NCBI GenBank assembly: GCA_009103225.1 | Contig: RHPI01003508.1 | Coordinates: 62,235 to 126,000, forward strand | Reading direction: 5' to 3' | DNA: 63,766 bases | Source of the DNA: Chlorokybus atmophyticus | Lineage: Eukaryota > Plantae > Mesostigma and Chlorokybus algae | Shown: positions 52,918-63,766 of the stretch, piece by piece | How positions within the stretch are numbered: position 1 is the stretch's first letter | Layout of the letters: each line of letters opens with the position of its first letter | The notes under the pieces: model-generated | Database searches by the model: none | The model's input: the letters and a program-made list of their open reading frames with translations, nothing else | What the model was told of the DNA's origin: nothing | Translations under genes and position numbers: made by a program

Positions 52918-54440
52918 GTTTGCTGCTAAATGCGGGTATTTATGCGGGATTACTTTTAGCCAAAACGGTCGACGCTCATTTATTATGAATGTGCACGCAT
53001 TAAGCCGCATTTATGCAGCGAAAGAGCAAACTTATAGCAAGTTATAGAACATTGTTATTCTAGCTGCCCCCGCGACGTTTTTGGCCATGAACACCGCAAC
53101 CAGAAGCTCGTACGCGCAACGGTACTTTTCAAGGGCTTTTTTTTAGTGGTAAAGAAGTTTAGGTGGTGGACCTCAACAAATACGCCAAATACGCGTATTA
53201 AGTACCGCTGAGTGTTGGTGCGGGTATCATACGTATTATGGTACGGGTATCATACGTATTATAATAATATGATATCGAAAGTCGATGCCGTATTGTGCTA
53301 CTATGCTTCCCGCACCACAGTACGAGGGGTTCGTGTAGTCAATCAATACGAGGTATAATCTACCCTCGTTATAAGACTTCTAAGTAAGAGAATAACCCCG
53401 TTAAGATCATAGATTTGCAAAAGACCAATGGTTTTACAGGCAAGTAGTGGTTAGTGGAATAGTCTTGTACGTAATAAGACTAAAGCGAAGGCTTGAAACG
53501 GGGAATGCCTTGTTAACGGCATGCTGTTCCATTTTTATTAGCATCAATATGTTGCAAAACTCATATACAATTTTATACATAATATGATTGTTGACGACTA
53601 TACATTTATTCTTATTTGCCACATTAAAATATCATGACGTGGCTTACGGTTGTTATGCAACACCCCTGTTCATGGAATATATACTCTGTAACGATTTAAA
53701 AATATACGTTCCTATAAAAGCCAAGAGGACAACCCCGTTGATGGAACGAAAAGGTCGATGTGACCGGAGTTAATAATTGACGTTGAAGTCGCCCCTCCAT
53801 TTTTGTGTCCTCTCTAAGTGGGACTATATATTGACATTATGGGCTATTATATTGATATACATGTTTGCATATTAGTATTATGGCAAATCATTGTGTATGA
53901 ATTGGTAAAACATTATGTAGTACATGTGATGTATATGGATGCATATTGCATGTATCATAACATGGAAATATGCAATGCAAAACATGTGTATTTTACCCTA
54001 CACGTGAATATATGTTATAGCGTATAGCGTATCACCCCACTATCATATCATAAGGTAAGTAAAATGCGATGATGTAATAATGATGACAATGACTCAGTAT
54101 ACTTTATTGGCAGTGATTACAACAGTCAATAACCAACTTTTAGTCTCCATTCTGATTCAATCATTTGAATGTAAGCATACACACATTTATATACAAGTCA
54201 ACAGCGTCACGCACCAACTTTGCAACGCTGTTGCGCAACTTGCGACAGCAGCGTTGCAAAGTATGCTCTATACTATTATTTTGTGAATTTAGTATCAATT
54301 TCACATAACAGCAGATGGACGATACCTATAGCTCGAGTAGAAGACTGACTGTAAAAATCTTGGGTCAATTTTCGCGCGATAAACGCGAGTTGCGTTAAAA
54401 CACGAGTCGCGTTACGCGACAAAGGACAGGAGCCTCGCCA

Positions 54441-54481
54441 ACCAATAGCGACGCGGAGCCTGCCGCAAAGCGATTGGGTGG
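54441..54481 (+). promoter_or_regulatory. Putative LIL3 promoter module with opposed CCAAT and ATTGG boxes
   Basis: ccaatagcgac...agcgattgggtgg lies about 210-240 bp upstream of the LIL3 ATG. Confidence 0.45.
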
Positions 54482-54685
54482 GAAACCACAAAAGCGGCCA
54501 TAGCGCACTGCGTAGCTTTTTCCTACAGCGCTTGTGCGCGCACAAGCAACGCGCACAAGCCTTAGCCACTCCTTGTGCGCTGCCGGGCTACACACTGCGC
54601 TGTAGGCGGCGGCGGCGGCGGAGCAAGAGGAAGAGGAGGAGGACGACGAGGGAGACGAGGTGTTGAGTAAGGACGTGTTGCAGCA

Positions 54686-56930
54686 ATGGTGACCACGGTT
54701 GCATTTACCGTGAGGCTTGCGCCCGTCAGGGCTGCAGCGAAGGAGCCTGAGGCTCCTGTAGTCAGGCCAGGCCCCGCCGCCGGCGCTGGTGGCGCCAGGC
54801 CAGCCCCTGCGCGGCTGCAGCCGCAGCAGCCACAGCAGCAGGCAGGTAACTCCCGCCGCGCCTCCCCCCTCGCTGCACAGGCCACCACCAGCGCAGAACG
54901 CTCGCCCGCCGCCCCCGCCCCNNNNNNNNNNNNNNNNNNNNNNNNNNNNNNNNNNNNNNNNNNNNNNNNNNNNNNNNNNNNNNNNNNNNNNNNNNNNNNN
55001 NNNNNNNNNNNNNNNNNNNNNNNNNNNNNNNNNNNNNNNNNNNNNNNNNNNNNNNNNNNNNNNNNNNNNNNNNNNNNNNNNNNNNNNNNNNNNNNNNNNN
55101 NNNNNCAGACCCCCGCCCCCGCCCCCGCCCCGACCATCATCGCCGAGGACGCCGGTCAGGACAGGCAAGCCGCAGTTGAGACCACTTATTGGTGTCATCT
55201 TCAACAATGTGATGCATAGACAGCTCAAAGACGTGCAGTGCAACACAGTGCAATGCAACCTAGTGTCGTGCAGTGCACCGCAATGCATTGCCGCGCAGTG
55301 TTAGTGCAATGCAGCCAGCTGGCAAGCACTCTATTCCAGCATGTCTCGTACAAACCTGCGTGTTCTAGCTCTTGATTGTCTCAGACTTACGCTAGCCAGT
55401 AGCTTCATACTGCTAGTCGCATGCATGTCTTGGAGACTAGCAGCTTCATGCTGCTAATCGCATTCTTCAAGCCATGCATATGACTACTTCAGCTGGCATT
55501 GACGCTTTGCCTTTTGCTAGTTCATTGTTGTGGGGAGTTTCTTGTGGCATGCAAAACGGCATATGCTGTCGTGTTTGTCAGCTTGCTAAACCACGGGCAC
55601 GTGTACTTGTCGTCGCGCAGTGTTGTTCCTGAGGTGGCGGCGCTTCCGGATGCCGGCGATACCACCGGCGTTGAGGGCAAGCCCACCGACCGCAAGGCAG
55701 GCCCGCTCGCTCGCGGCGGCACACTTAAGGGCGAGAAGGCTGCTGGGAAGGATGCCGGCCTTGCTGTTAAGGGCCAGGTGGGTATTCGATGTAATAAACA
55801 TGTGCATGTGCGTGTTATGCCGATCACTTGTGCACTTGCGCGTGTGGGAATTGGCTCGCATGTACATTTGTGCATGTGTTTCCGTGTGGGTGCGCGCGCA
55901 TGTGTGTTCTTGTTGAGTAGCACGTAGTAATCGCCTCCTTGTTACAACCAGACTGAAGCCGCACCTCAGCTTGTTGACGGGCGGTTTGTTGACGATCGCT
56001 GGGTGAATGGCACGTGGGATCTTACCAAGTTTGCAAGTGAAAATGGCAAGACCGACTGGGACAAGGTCATTGATGCAGGTACAGCTCGTCACTTCAACCA
56101 TGTGTTATTAAAGTTGCGTCTGTTTTTCTTAATTGGTACAGTTGCATAACAACAGCCATCTGCAGTCCCTATATGCCTTGCATGCGTCATTGAGCAGTAT
56201 TTGTTGGTGACGTGCAGAGGTGCTGAGGCGAAAGGTGCTGGAGATGAGCCCGATCGCCAGCATGAACGAGGACCCCGTGTACTTTGACACCGCGCAGATT
56301 CCGTGGTGGGCGTGGGTCCGCCGCTTCCACCTGCCAGAAGCCGAGAAGCTGAACGGTATTTTCAGTGATAGTGCACAACACTTCAGCCGTTGCAATGCAC
56401 ACCATATGTCTATTCTGACACAACATACATGCGCAGTGTGTGTGCGCAAGCATGCACATACACACAGACAAGTGCATGCGCATGTATGATGCGCCAGCAT
56501 GCACTCGCGTGTTCTTTGAAACATGCATACACCGTGCACATGCGCATGAGCATGCTTGCACAAGCACACATGCACTTGTAAACACATGTACACGAGCGTG
56601 CATGCACGCACACACATGCATGTTGCTCAGACACGTTCAAGTGCACAAACACACATACACATCTAATTTATGGCACCTCTCTCAGGGCGCGCGTCGATGG
56701 TCGGTTTCGTTTGGGCTCTGCTTTGGGAGCGGTTGTCCGGTCAGTCTCTCTCTTCTCAGCTCGACAGTTTCGGCGGCAAGTTCTTCCTGATTGTGGCGCT
56801 GGCGGGCATCCTCCTCATCCGTCGCAACGAGGACGCCACGCAGCTGCGCGACCTCGCCGACGAGTGGACGTTTTATGACAAGCAGTGGCAGGCGAGCTGG
56901 AAACAGGGAGATACCGTTAAGGACGAGTAG
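54686..56930 (+). CDS. LIL3: Light-harvesting-like protein 3 (interrupted by an assembly gap)
   Basis: [63 protein letters not shown] (LHC motif) and LADEWTFYDKQWQASWK. Confidence 0.95.
54922..55105. other. Assembly gap (N run) inside a GC-rich LIL3 exon
   Basis: Ns visible and flanked by gccccc-type repeats. Confidence 0.99.
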
Positions 56931-57252
56931 CTGAGTAAGGCGAATAACACATGTTGGGTTGGAGTACAGATGTTGCTGATAGGCAAGCAAACGCCGTAGA
57001 TATCGCTTTTGTTGGTTTTTGGAGTTGAATCTTTTTTTGGGGCTGCTGCACTGAAGTGTGGCATTAGTAACTCGCTGCGCGCGCAATGGTTGATTATTGG
57101 GAGTGTTTGATGTTTCTGTTGAGTGGGGTAAGCGAGCTGCAACTTGCAGTTTGTCATGCGTGCGGCTGCATTCACTTGTATTCGGACCCGCGCTGTGGTA
57201 GGCCGGGCTGTCCTGCGAAGGTGTGGCGCCGTCGCTGCCCGCTGTTGAAAAG

Positions 57253-57260
57253 TATATAAA
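57253..57260 (+). promoter_or_regulatory. Candidate TATA box (TATATAAA), possibly for the 2H phosphoesterase gene
   Basis: Exact consensus, followed by donor-like sites (cag|gtaac, atg|gtgag) suggesting 5'-UTR introns; it could instead lie in the LIL3 3' region. Confidence 0.3.
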
Positions 57261-58125
57261 GCGACATTCTGCAGTGTCAGCAGCCCTGCACCTTGATCTG
57301 TGCAACGTACTGATCAACAATCATCAGGTAACAGCTGCTGTATTTGTCTATGATGGTGAGGTCCTCTACATCGGGAAGCAATAAGAAAGCTCGCAATGTG
57401 CTGCGCAATAGTAGCACAGAGAGTAGACTGTAGTTCCAATGGCAACCTGTGCCACCAGCTCATAAGTGATAAGGGCAAATTAAGCAACCCACTGCTAATT
57501 GCTCAAAGCCCACAAGCAAATGCGATACGCAATGTATGCCGGGATGCCTAGGTAGCAAGCAGCCAAGGCACATGCAGAAAATGATGCAATCTCGTATACC
57601 TGTTCCAATCAGATACAGCTACGCACCTACCAGAGCCTTTGGTTTTGCTTGCTTTGTCTTACAGCGTTGCTAACGACAGGTGGTGTGAGCCAGCAAACAA
57701 ACACACACATGTGCATCGCAGACCAACAATTCAGCTAACTTTCTAAAACTCAATTGCAGTAACACTGCAGTCAGAGCAGCAGCAGTGGCAAGACTGGTTT
57801 CTTCCCTCTCTTCAAGTCAGCTAGCGTGCATGTTTGAGATTGGAGCCAAAGTGTAATATCAAAAACAGGGAACTTGATACAATTTGCAGAGCGCATGGGT
57901 TGCAGCGATTAGCTGAAGCCTGGTGTGAAGTGACGGTGTTTTCTACTGTGCACGCTTCATGCGTACATGCGTTCAGCGGCGGTGGCGGCATTAGCAAAGC
58001 GCCCTGTTGGTACCGCCACTATTGCTGTTGCTGTTGCTGGTGTTGTGGTTGCTGTTGTTGGCCTTCCTCAACTAAGAATGTATATCTGACGGGGGTGTTT
58101 GTCGTCAGTTCATGTAGTCAAGGCG

Positions 58126-59437
58126 ATGACAGCCATGCACTCTTCCACCTTGCACACAGCGCCCTCCATGTCCGCGCACGCCATCATCGATGATCCAACA
58201 TCAGCACCAACAAACACTCACAGCAACAACAACAACAGTATCAGCCCTAAAAAGGTGTACAAGAGCGCTGTTGTGGTTGTCCCTCCCGAGCATGCCTGGC
58301 CTCAAATACAGGTGCGTTGTGCACAAATCCAGGTGAATCTAGTTGATCAATCAACCACGAGAATATTCTGTTGCATGTGGAGTCAGTGTGTTTTCCCCAA
58401 CGCAGGCATTAAGACAAGTCCACGACAAGCATTATGCGCGCTGGATGCCGCACATAACCCTGCTTTACCCCTTCTACGAGAACTCTGGGGACGCATTTGC
58501 GCAAGCCGCCGCGCGCATGAGAGCGAGACTGAGTGGGTTTGGTGGCAAGTTTGACCTGGAGCTGAAAGAGTTCAAGTCCTTTCGCCACAACAGGTACACA
58601 TAAGCCAGGTGTCTTAGGCGTGCAGAGCAGTTGCGTAACTTGACGAATTTGCTGTTGTTGTGATCACGGTGTTGAAAAGGGCGTGCTTGTGTAGGTGTGC
58701 GCGAGTGTGCGTGCATATATCATTGTTGTACTTGTATTCGTTTGCGTGCGCGTATGCATAAGTGTGTATTGTGCCTGTGTGTGTATGAGAGATAGTATGC
58801 TACATTGGTAGCATGCAAGGTGTCACGCACATGCAATGTCATACACCACACTCAGCACAAGGCACATGCAATGGGTGCGGTTGTCGTGTTTGTGCTTTTT
58901 ATCTGTTTTTCTTTGTTGGTTATGGGCGTGCTTGTTCAATGCTGTAGGAGTTGCACGCTGTGGTTGAATCCTGGCGGCGATATCGACAGCCACATGAGCC
59001 GCCTTCAGGCTGCGCTGCAGGCAGAGTTCCCTGATTGCGACGACGTAAGCCGCATCAGCAGCAGGTGGGTTTGCTGTTCCAAAATGTCTGCAAGTATCAA
59101 GTGCTGTGATTGTCACTCCAAACATGTGCTGCTGTTCAGATTCACTCCCCATTTGTCTGTGGGCCAGTGGCCTACCAACAAGGCAACAGAAGCGGTTGAT
59201 TCGCTCTCGCGCGAGTGGCAACCTCTCAGGTTTGCTCCATGTTGAGGGTTGTTAACACTTTGTGAACATGATGTCATTCCGCCGCCGCTCATGACATGTA
59301 CTGTGTGTTCAAGGTTCACTGTGGATCGAGTGTGCATCATATCAAGGAAAGGGTTTCACGACCCATTCACAATCAGAGAGACAATTATGCTTCGAGATGA
59401 CCAACAGGCAGAAAACGCTGTACAGCCGTGTTCATGA
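58126..59437 (+). CDS. 2H phosphoesterase (LigT / 2'-5' RNA ligase superfamily, LENG9-like)
   Basis: Two HxT/S motifs: KSAVVVVPP..LRQVHDKHYARWMPHITLLYPF and FTPHLSVGQW; C-terminal FTVDRVCIISRKGFHDPF. Confidence 0.85.
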
Positions 59438-59652
59438 CGTGCATTGCAAGTAATAGTTGAATGGTTGTGCAAGCAGTCCATCTGCGCACATCACGTGTGC
59501 ACACGCGCAGACAACCACATTCATGTGCTTCTTGTCATCATCGCCAGCATAACTTACTGTATAGTAGGATAGAGAAAGATAGGTGGGTACTGTACACAGG
59601 TTATAGAGTACATGCAGCAACATACACAAAAACGAAAAGCGACCCCAACACG

Positions 59653-62600
59653 TCATTTGCGTAAGCGCGAGCTGCGCCGTGTGCTTTCTGCAGCCAATGC
59701 TTGCGCGAGTGCAAAGTCCATCTCAATGGTGCTCATGGCCGCAGATGTAGACTTCGGGACGTCGCGGTCAGTTCCGCCCCGATCAGACTCATCATCCGAA
59801 CCGTCCGTGTGGCGCGCACGCCCTCTTCCCGACCTTTTCCGCGTGAACTTGGGCGTGACAACCGGCACTTCCTCGTCGTCTTCCTCCTCCTCCGCTTCAC
59901 TCTCCTCCTTCTCCTCCTCCTCCTCATCGTCATCCTCCTCCTCATCGCCACCCTCAGTCTCTTCGGCCACTTGCGCCGCAAGTTTAGACAGAATGTCTAT
60001 CTTGAGCTCCTCTTTCTTCCTGCGCTGGCCGCTGCGTGACCGCTTGTGCGGGGAGACAGGTAGTTCCTGATGTTGCTCTTCATCATCATCATCATCATCA
60101 TCGTCCAATGAAGGAGCTTGGCGTTGGGTTGACTTTGCTGGAGGGTCGGTCGGAGTGAGCGGACGTTTGCGAGGCCGCCCGCGCTTTCGCTTCAACGCGT
60201 CACTGCTTGGGTCCAACCCAGACCCTTCTTTCTTGAGCACAATGTGTTTCCGCCGCTCGTCTTCACCTTCAGACAGATTAACACTCACATTCCCGCTTAC
60301 ATGTCGTCTGGCCAGCCCTCTCCTTTTTCTCTTTCTCCTCCTCCCGTCCTCCTTATCCGACCCCTTTTCGCGCTCTTCGCTCCCTCCAGATGATTCTTTC
60401 ACAATGACCGGTCGCGGGTGCTTGCGTGCGAGTCTCAATGCCAGCTTTGCCAGCGCTTGCAAATCATGCTTCTCGAGGTCATCCACAGAAGGCAGATCGG
60501 CCGCCGCTTGCGCCACAAGTGCAGTCAACTCTGAGCTTTTAAGCTCTGCCGTGTGCAATGGCTTGTCCACAGTTGCTGCTGCTGCTGCTGGTGTTGCTGC
60601 TTGAACACGTGGGGACTCTGTAGGTTGAGCTGGTGTTTCTGGCAGTGGGAGCTTGGGAGGCCGGCCGCGTTTCCACGGCATTGAAGTGGTTGCTGCTGCT
60701 GCCGCCGCAGCAGCAGATGTTGACGCTGTTGATGCATGCGCGAGCGCTTCAGATGTTGTTGCCACTGGCGGCTCTTTGATGCGTACTTCGGGCACTTCGA
60801 GTCGCACTTTGGGAGGCCGCCCGCGCTTCTTTGGCACGCGCGGCAGCGCATTCAACAGAGGTTTTTGTGCTGTTAAAAGCATCTTCTCCTCAGAAGCTTT
60901 ACTGGTGTTGTCTGGTTTGTCTTCGTCGATGTCTCTCTTGTTGTCTTGATTTCTTGCCTTGTATCTGGTTTTCTCTTTCTCTCTGTCTCTGTCTCTGTCT
61001 CTGTCTCTGTCTCTGTCTCTGTCTCTGTCTCTGTCTCTGTCTCTGTCTCTGCGACTGTTCTTGACTTTTTCTCTGGCCCTGTCTTCATCTCCATCTCTGT
61101 CTCTGTCTCTGTCCCGTGCACTGGTGCCACGCTGTTTAAGCACCTTCCCCAGCCTGTTGACCCTGCGTGCTGAGCCGTTTTCCTGCTCCGAGGTCTTCTT
61201 GTCGCTGTCTTCCGGCTCATCTACGACGCGCTTGATGCGCTTCTTCAGCACCTTCGGCAGCGGATTGGCCCGCCTCTCTCTTGGAAGGGGTTCGACTGCT
61301 TGCTCCTCCTCTTGCTCTTCACGCTTCTTTTCAACCTTCGGCAACGCATCAGCCCGTCTCTCTTTTGCATGGGGCTCAACTTGCTCCTCTTCTTTCTCTT
61401 TCCCCTTCTGTTCAACCTTTTGTTCTACCTCTGCAACATCATCAGCACCTTGCAGTGTTTCTTTCACAAGCTCTTGAGATGCATCAACCCCTCCACCAGC
61501 AATGGCAATGTCAGGCTTCATGTCCACAACCACATCTGCTGCCACATCTGTGCATGCCTCTTCGGTGACGGGAACTGTTGGTTCGCATGCAATGGCAAGG
61601 TCGGTCTTTATGTTCACAACAACATCTGCTTCAACATCTGCGCATGCCTCCTCTGTGGCGGGAACCATTGGTGATAAGTGGGTTTGTGCTTGCTCCTCCA
61701 CTTTCACTGCAACTGGAACTGGAACGGGATCAGGCTGCGTGTGTTGTGGAGTGGGTTCACGCTTGACTTCCACAGTGATTGACTCAACAGCGAGTTCACT
61801 TGCTGCGGGGTGAAGGTGGCTGTGTTGCTCCGAGTGAGCGGATGCCGCTTTGAATGCTTCTGCTCTGCTATGCTCGTCTGCAATGGCGGCGGGAGCCTCC
61901 GGTGAGGGCGGTGGAACATGCACAAGCTGCGGGGGCGTTGTCGGTGTAGGCGGTTGGCCCACGCGCTTGAATACAAAGACCGCGTACAGACCTGCCCACA
62001 TAACACACATGAACACACTCATGCACGCAAACATACACCCACGCAATGCAACAAAGCCATGACTGACAATAGAGACACTGAGGTAGCGTGCACCTAACTG
62101 TGTATATGTACATTCGTGTGCGCGCGTGTGTACACACATATGGTGCATCAAGGCTGGCACGAATCAGAGACACAGAGGCAGCTTGCATGTAACTACACTT
62201 GAAAGGCAAGTATTCACTCACCAACTTGGTCCAACATGGCTGCATGCACCTTTCCATACGCCTTGCGGTCGAAAGTGATCACCTGGCGAAAGGCGTCTTC
62301 AAAAGTTGCCCTGCAGACACAGCGCTGTAAGACTTGGATTTAGCAAGCAAGTTTGATTGGGTCAACGCTACACACAGCACACAGCTGTACTATTCTGTAT
62401 ACACACACAACACACATACTTGTTGTCGTCATGAAACTCTTGCAGGTTAGTTATCTCCACCATCTCCAACCCAACACTCTCAGCCAACCTGTGCACACAA
62501 AGTCCAGTTCGGCTCCATTGTTTCACATGCAGGATGCTTGAAAGCGACAATCAGCATGCCTGATGAGTGTTGGAAAATGCACAAGGCACTGCAGCCGTGG

Positions 62601-63637
62601 TCGCAGGCCGTCATCCAGACGCAGCCGATAACGCGTGCCATAGTTGTTGAACCTGCATAATCAGGTCATGCGGTTGACAAGATGGCGATAACAACACCAC
62701 AAAAGGTCTTGACAGAAAATGACGGCGCGTAAGGCAACATACTGTGCATCGTCAAACTGTATGCTGTAGAATTCCGACTGGATGATGGATTGCCCGACAA
62801 GAACTGCTTTCTGTGCTTTATACCTGCGGCAACAACAACATTAAACAAGAAAACTGCAGTGCTTGTTTGTGCGCGCGAAACGCGTATGCGCGCATGCGCT
62901 TATGCTTGCGTGTGTGTGCGTATATGTGCTTGTATGCGGTCTGGACTCACCATATCATGGACGAGTCCGGCACGATGCCAAACAGCAGGCCACCAACTCG
63001 AAGACGTCGCGCGGCGCATGCCAAGAGGTTCCGCACAGTGCTCTCTTGCATGAAGAAGTCCTGCAAAAGCAACACAAAAGCAAGGTTGGCAGCACAATCA
63101 ACACGCCGACAAATTGATTGCAAATAGTTTGCATCGCGGCACGCTGCAAACAATTGCACCCACCTGCAGATGCTCGTTGCACACAGCGAGGTCAAACACC
63201 TCATCCGGCTGCAAATCGTCATGGCCCTGCTTGCAAAAAGTTTCAAGCTACGGTCAGAGAAGCATGCAACAAATTACTAAGAAATTACTGATACATTACC
63301 AGGTTCGTGCACTCCAACAAAATATTTCCGCTGCTCAACTTACGCGGGAAAGGTCGATCTGCTTAAACTCCGGCTCGAATCCCGGTTTCACCTCGGCCCA
63401 GCGCTGTTTGGCGCGGCTGAGGCCCGTCTCATCCGGCTCTGAAATGGTGTTTACATGATTAAGACATGCGCGTCAACGTGGTGGCACCCTTATTTGGCAC
63501 CAGTGCTGACTGCAGCAACAAAATCGCACCAACACAATCATTGCATGTGATGTAAGCCCACCTATGTCCAAGTATTTGGAAATGCTGGTGCTCGCCCATC
63601 GCACTGCATCTGCACCCCTTCCGCAGAGTTCCAACAC
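59653..63637 (-). CDS. mRNA cap guanine-N7 methyltransferase, plant type 2 (At3g52210-like), with long C-terminal extension; 5' end outside the window
   Basis: Exons VLELCGRGADAVRWASTSISKYLDI, LQDFFMQESTVRNLLACAARRLRVGGLLFGIVPDSSMIW, HFPTLIR, GLEMVEITNLQEFHDDNK and GLYAVFVFK follow the type-2 paralogue; the last exon 61991-59653 is stop-free. Confidence 0.88.
60981..61050. repeat. (GTCTCT)n hexamer encoding an RD dipeptide tract on the minus strand
   Basis: Visible repeat inside the 59653-61991 exon. Confidence 0.95.
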
Positions 63638-63766
63638 CTGCAACGCCACCAATTTATTAAGATCGTTTAAGCATTCAACAGTCACATTTAAACTGAAGAA
63701 ACTAGTACAATACGGATATCAATCATAAAGGCAACACTTAGAACCGAGACTCTGGTCGTAATAAAT

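Noticed and set aside
53050-53800. Possible organellar insertion, group I/II intron or rRNA fragment
   Set aside because: No P/Q/R/S or domain V consensus and no organellar ORF recognised; retained only as part of the island finding.

Overview
Intron-rich eukaryotic nuclear DNA from a green-lineage (Viridiplantae) alga, inferred from LIL3, MPH2/TL16.5 and a plant type-2 cap methyltransferase; the taxon cannot be narrowed further. Gene models were assembled by eye from GT-AG exons and family motifs, so spans are approximate. Recognisable genes, left to right: ZGPAT (-), DUF3754 membrane protein (-), At1g70160-family secreted protein (+), ALG5 (+), nucleotide-diphospho-sugar transferase (+), malonyl-CoA synthetase ACSF3/AAE13 (+), DHRS1-type SDR (-), MPH2 (+), INTS2 (+), LIL3 (+), a 2H phosphoesterase (+) and a 5'-truncated cap N7 methyltransferase (-). 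Three hypothetical genes were also modelled. The most notable observations are: (1) the cap methyltransferase continues without a stop into a ~770-aa tail with three AT-hooks, an RD repeat and an acidic tract; (2) an Integrator INTS2 orthologue, a subunit not recognised in Arabidopsis; (3) a decayed, internally deleted DNA-level duplicate of the At1g70160-family locus, including its promoter, now head-to-head with the DUF3754 gene; (4) a ~5 kb gene-free island with nested duplications and an echo of the LIL3 promoter. No rRNA, tRNA, snRNA or CRISPR array could be supported. Most short ORFs in the supplied track are intronic CA/GT-repeat artefacts.
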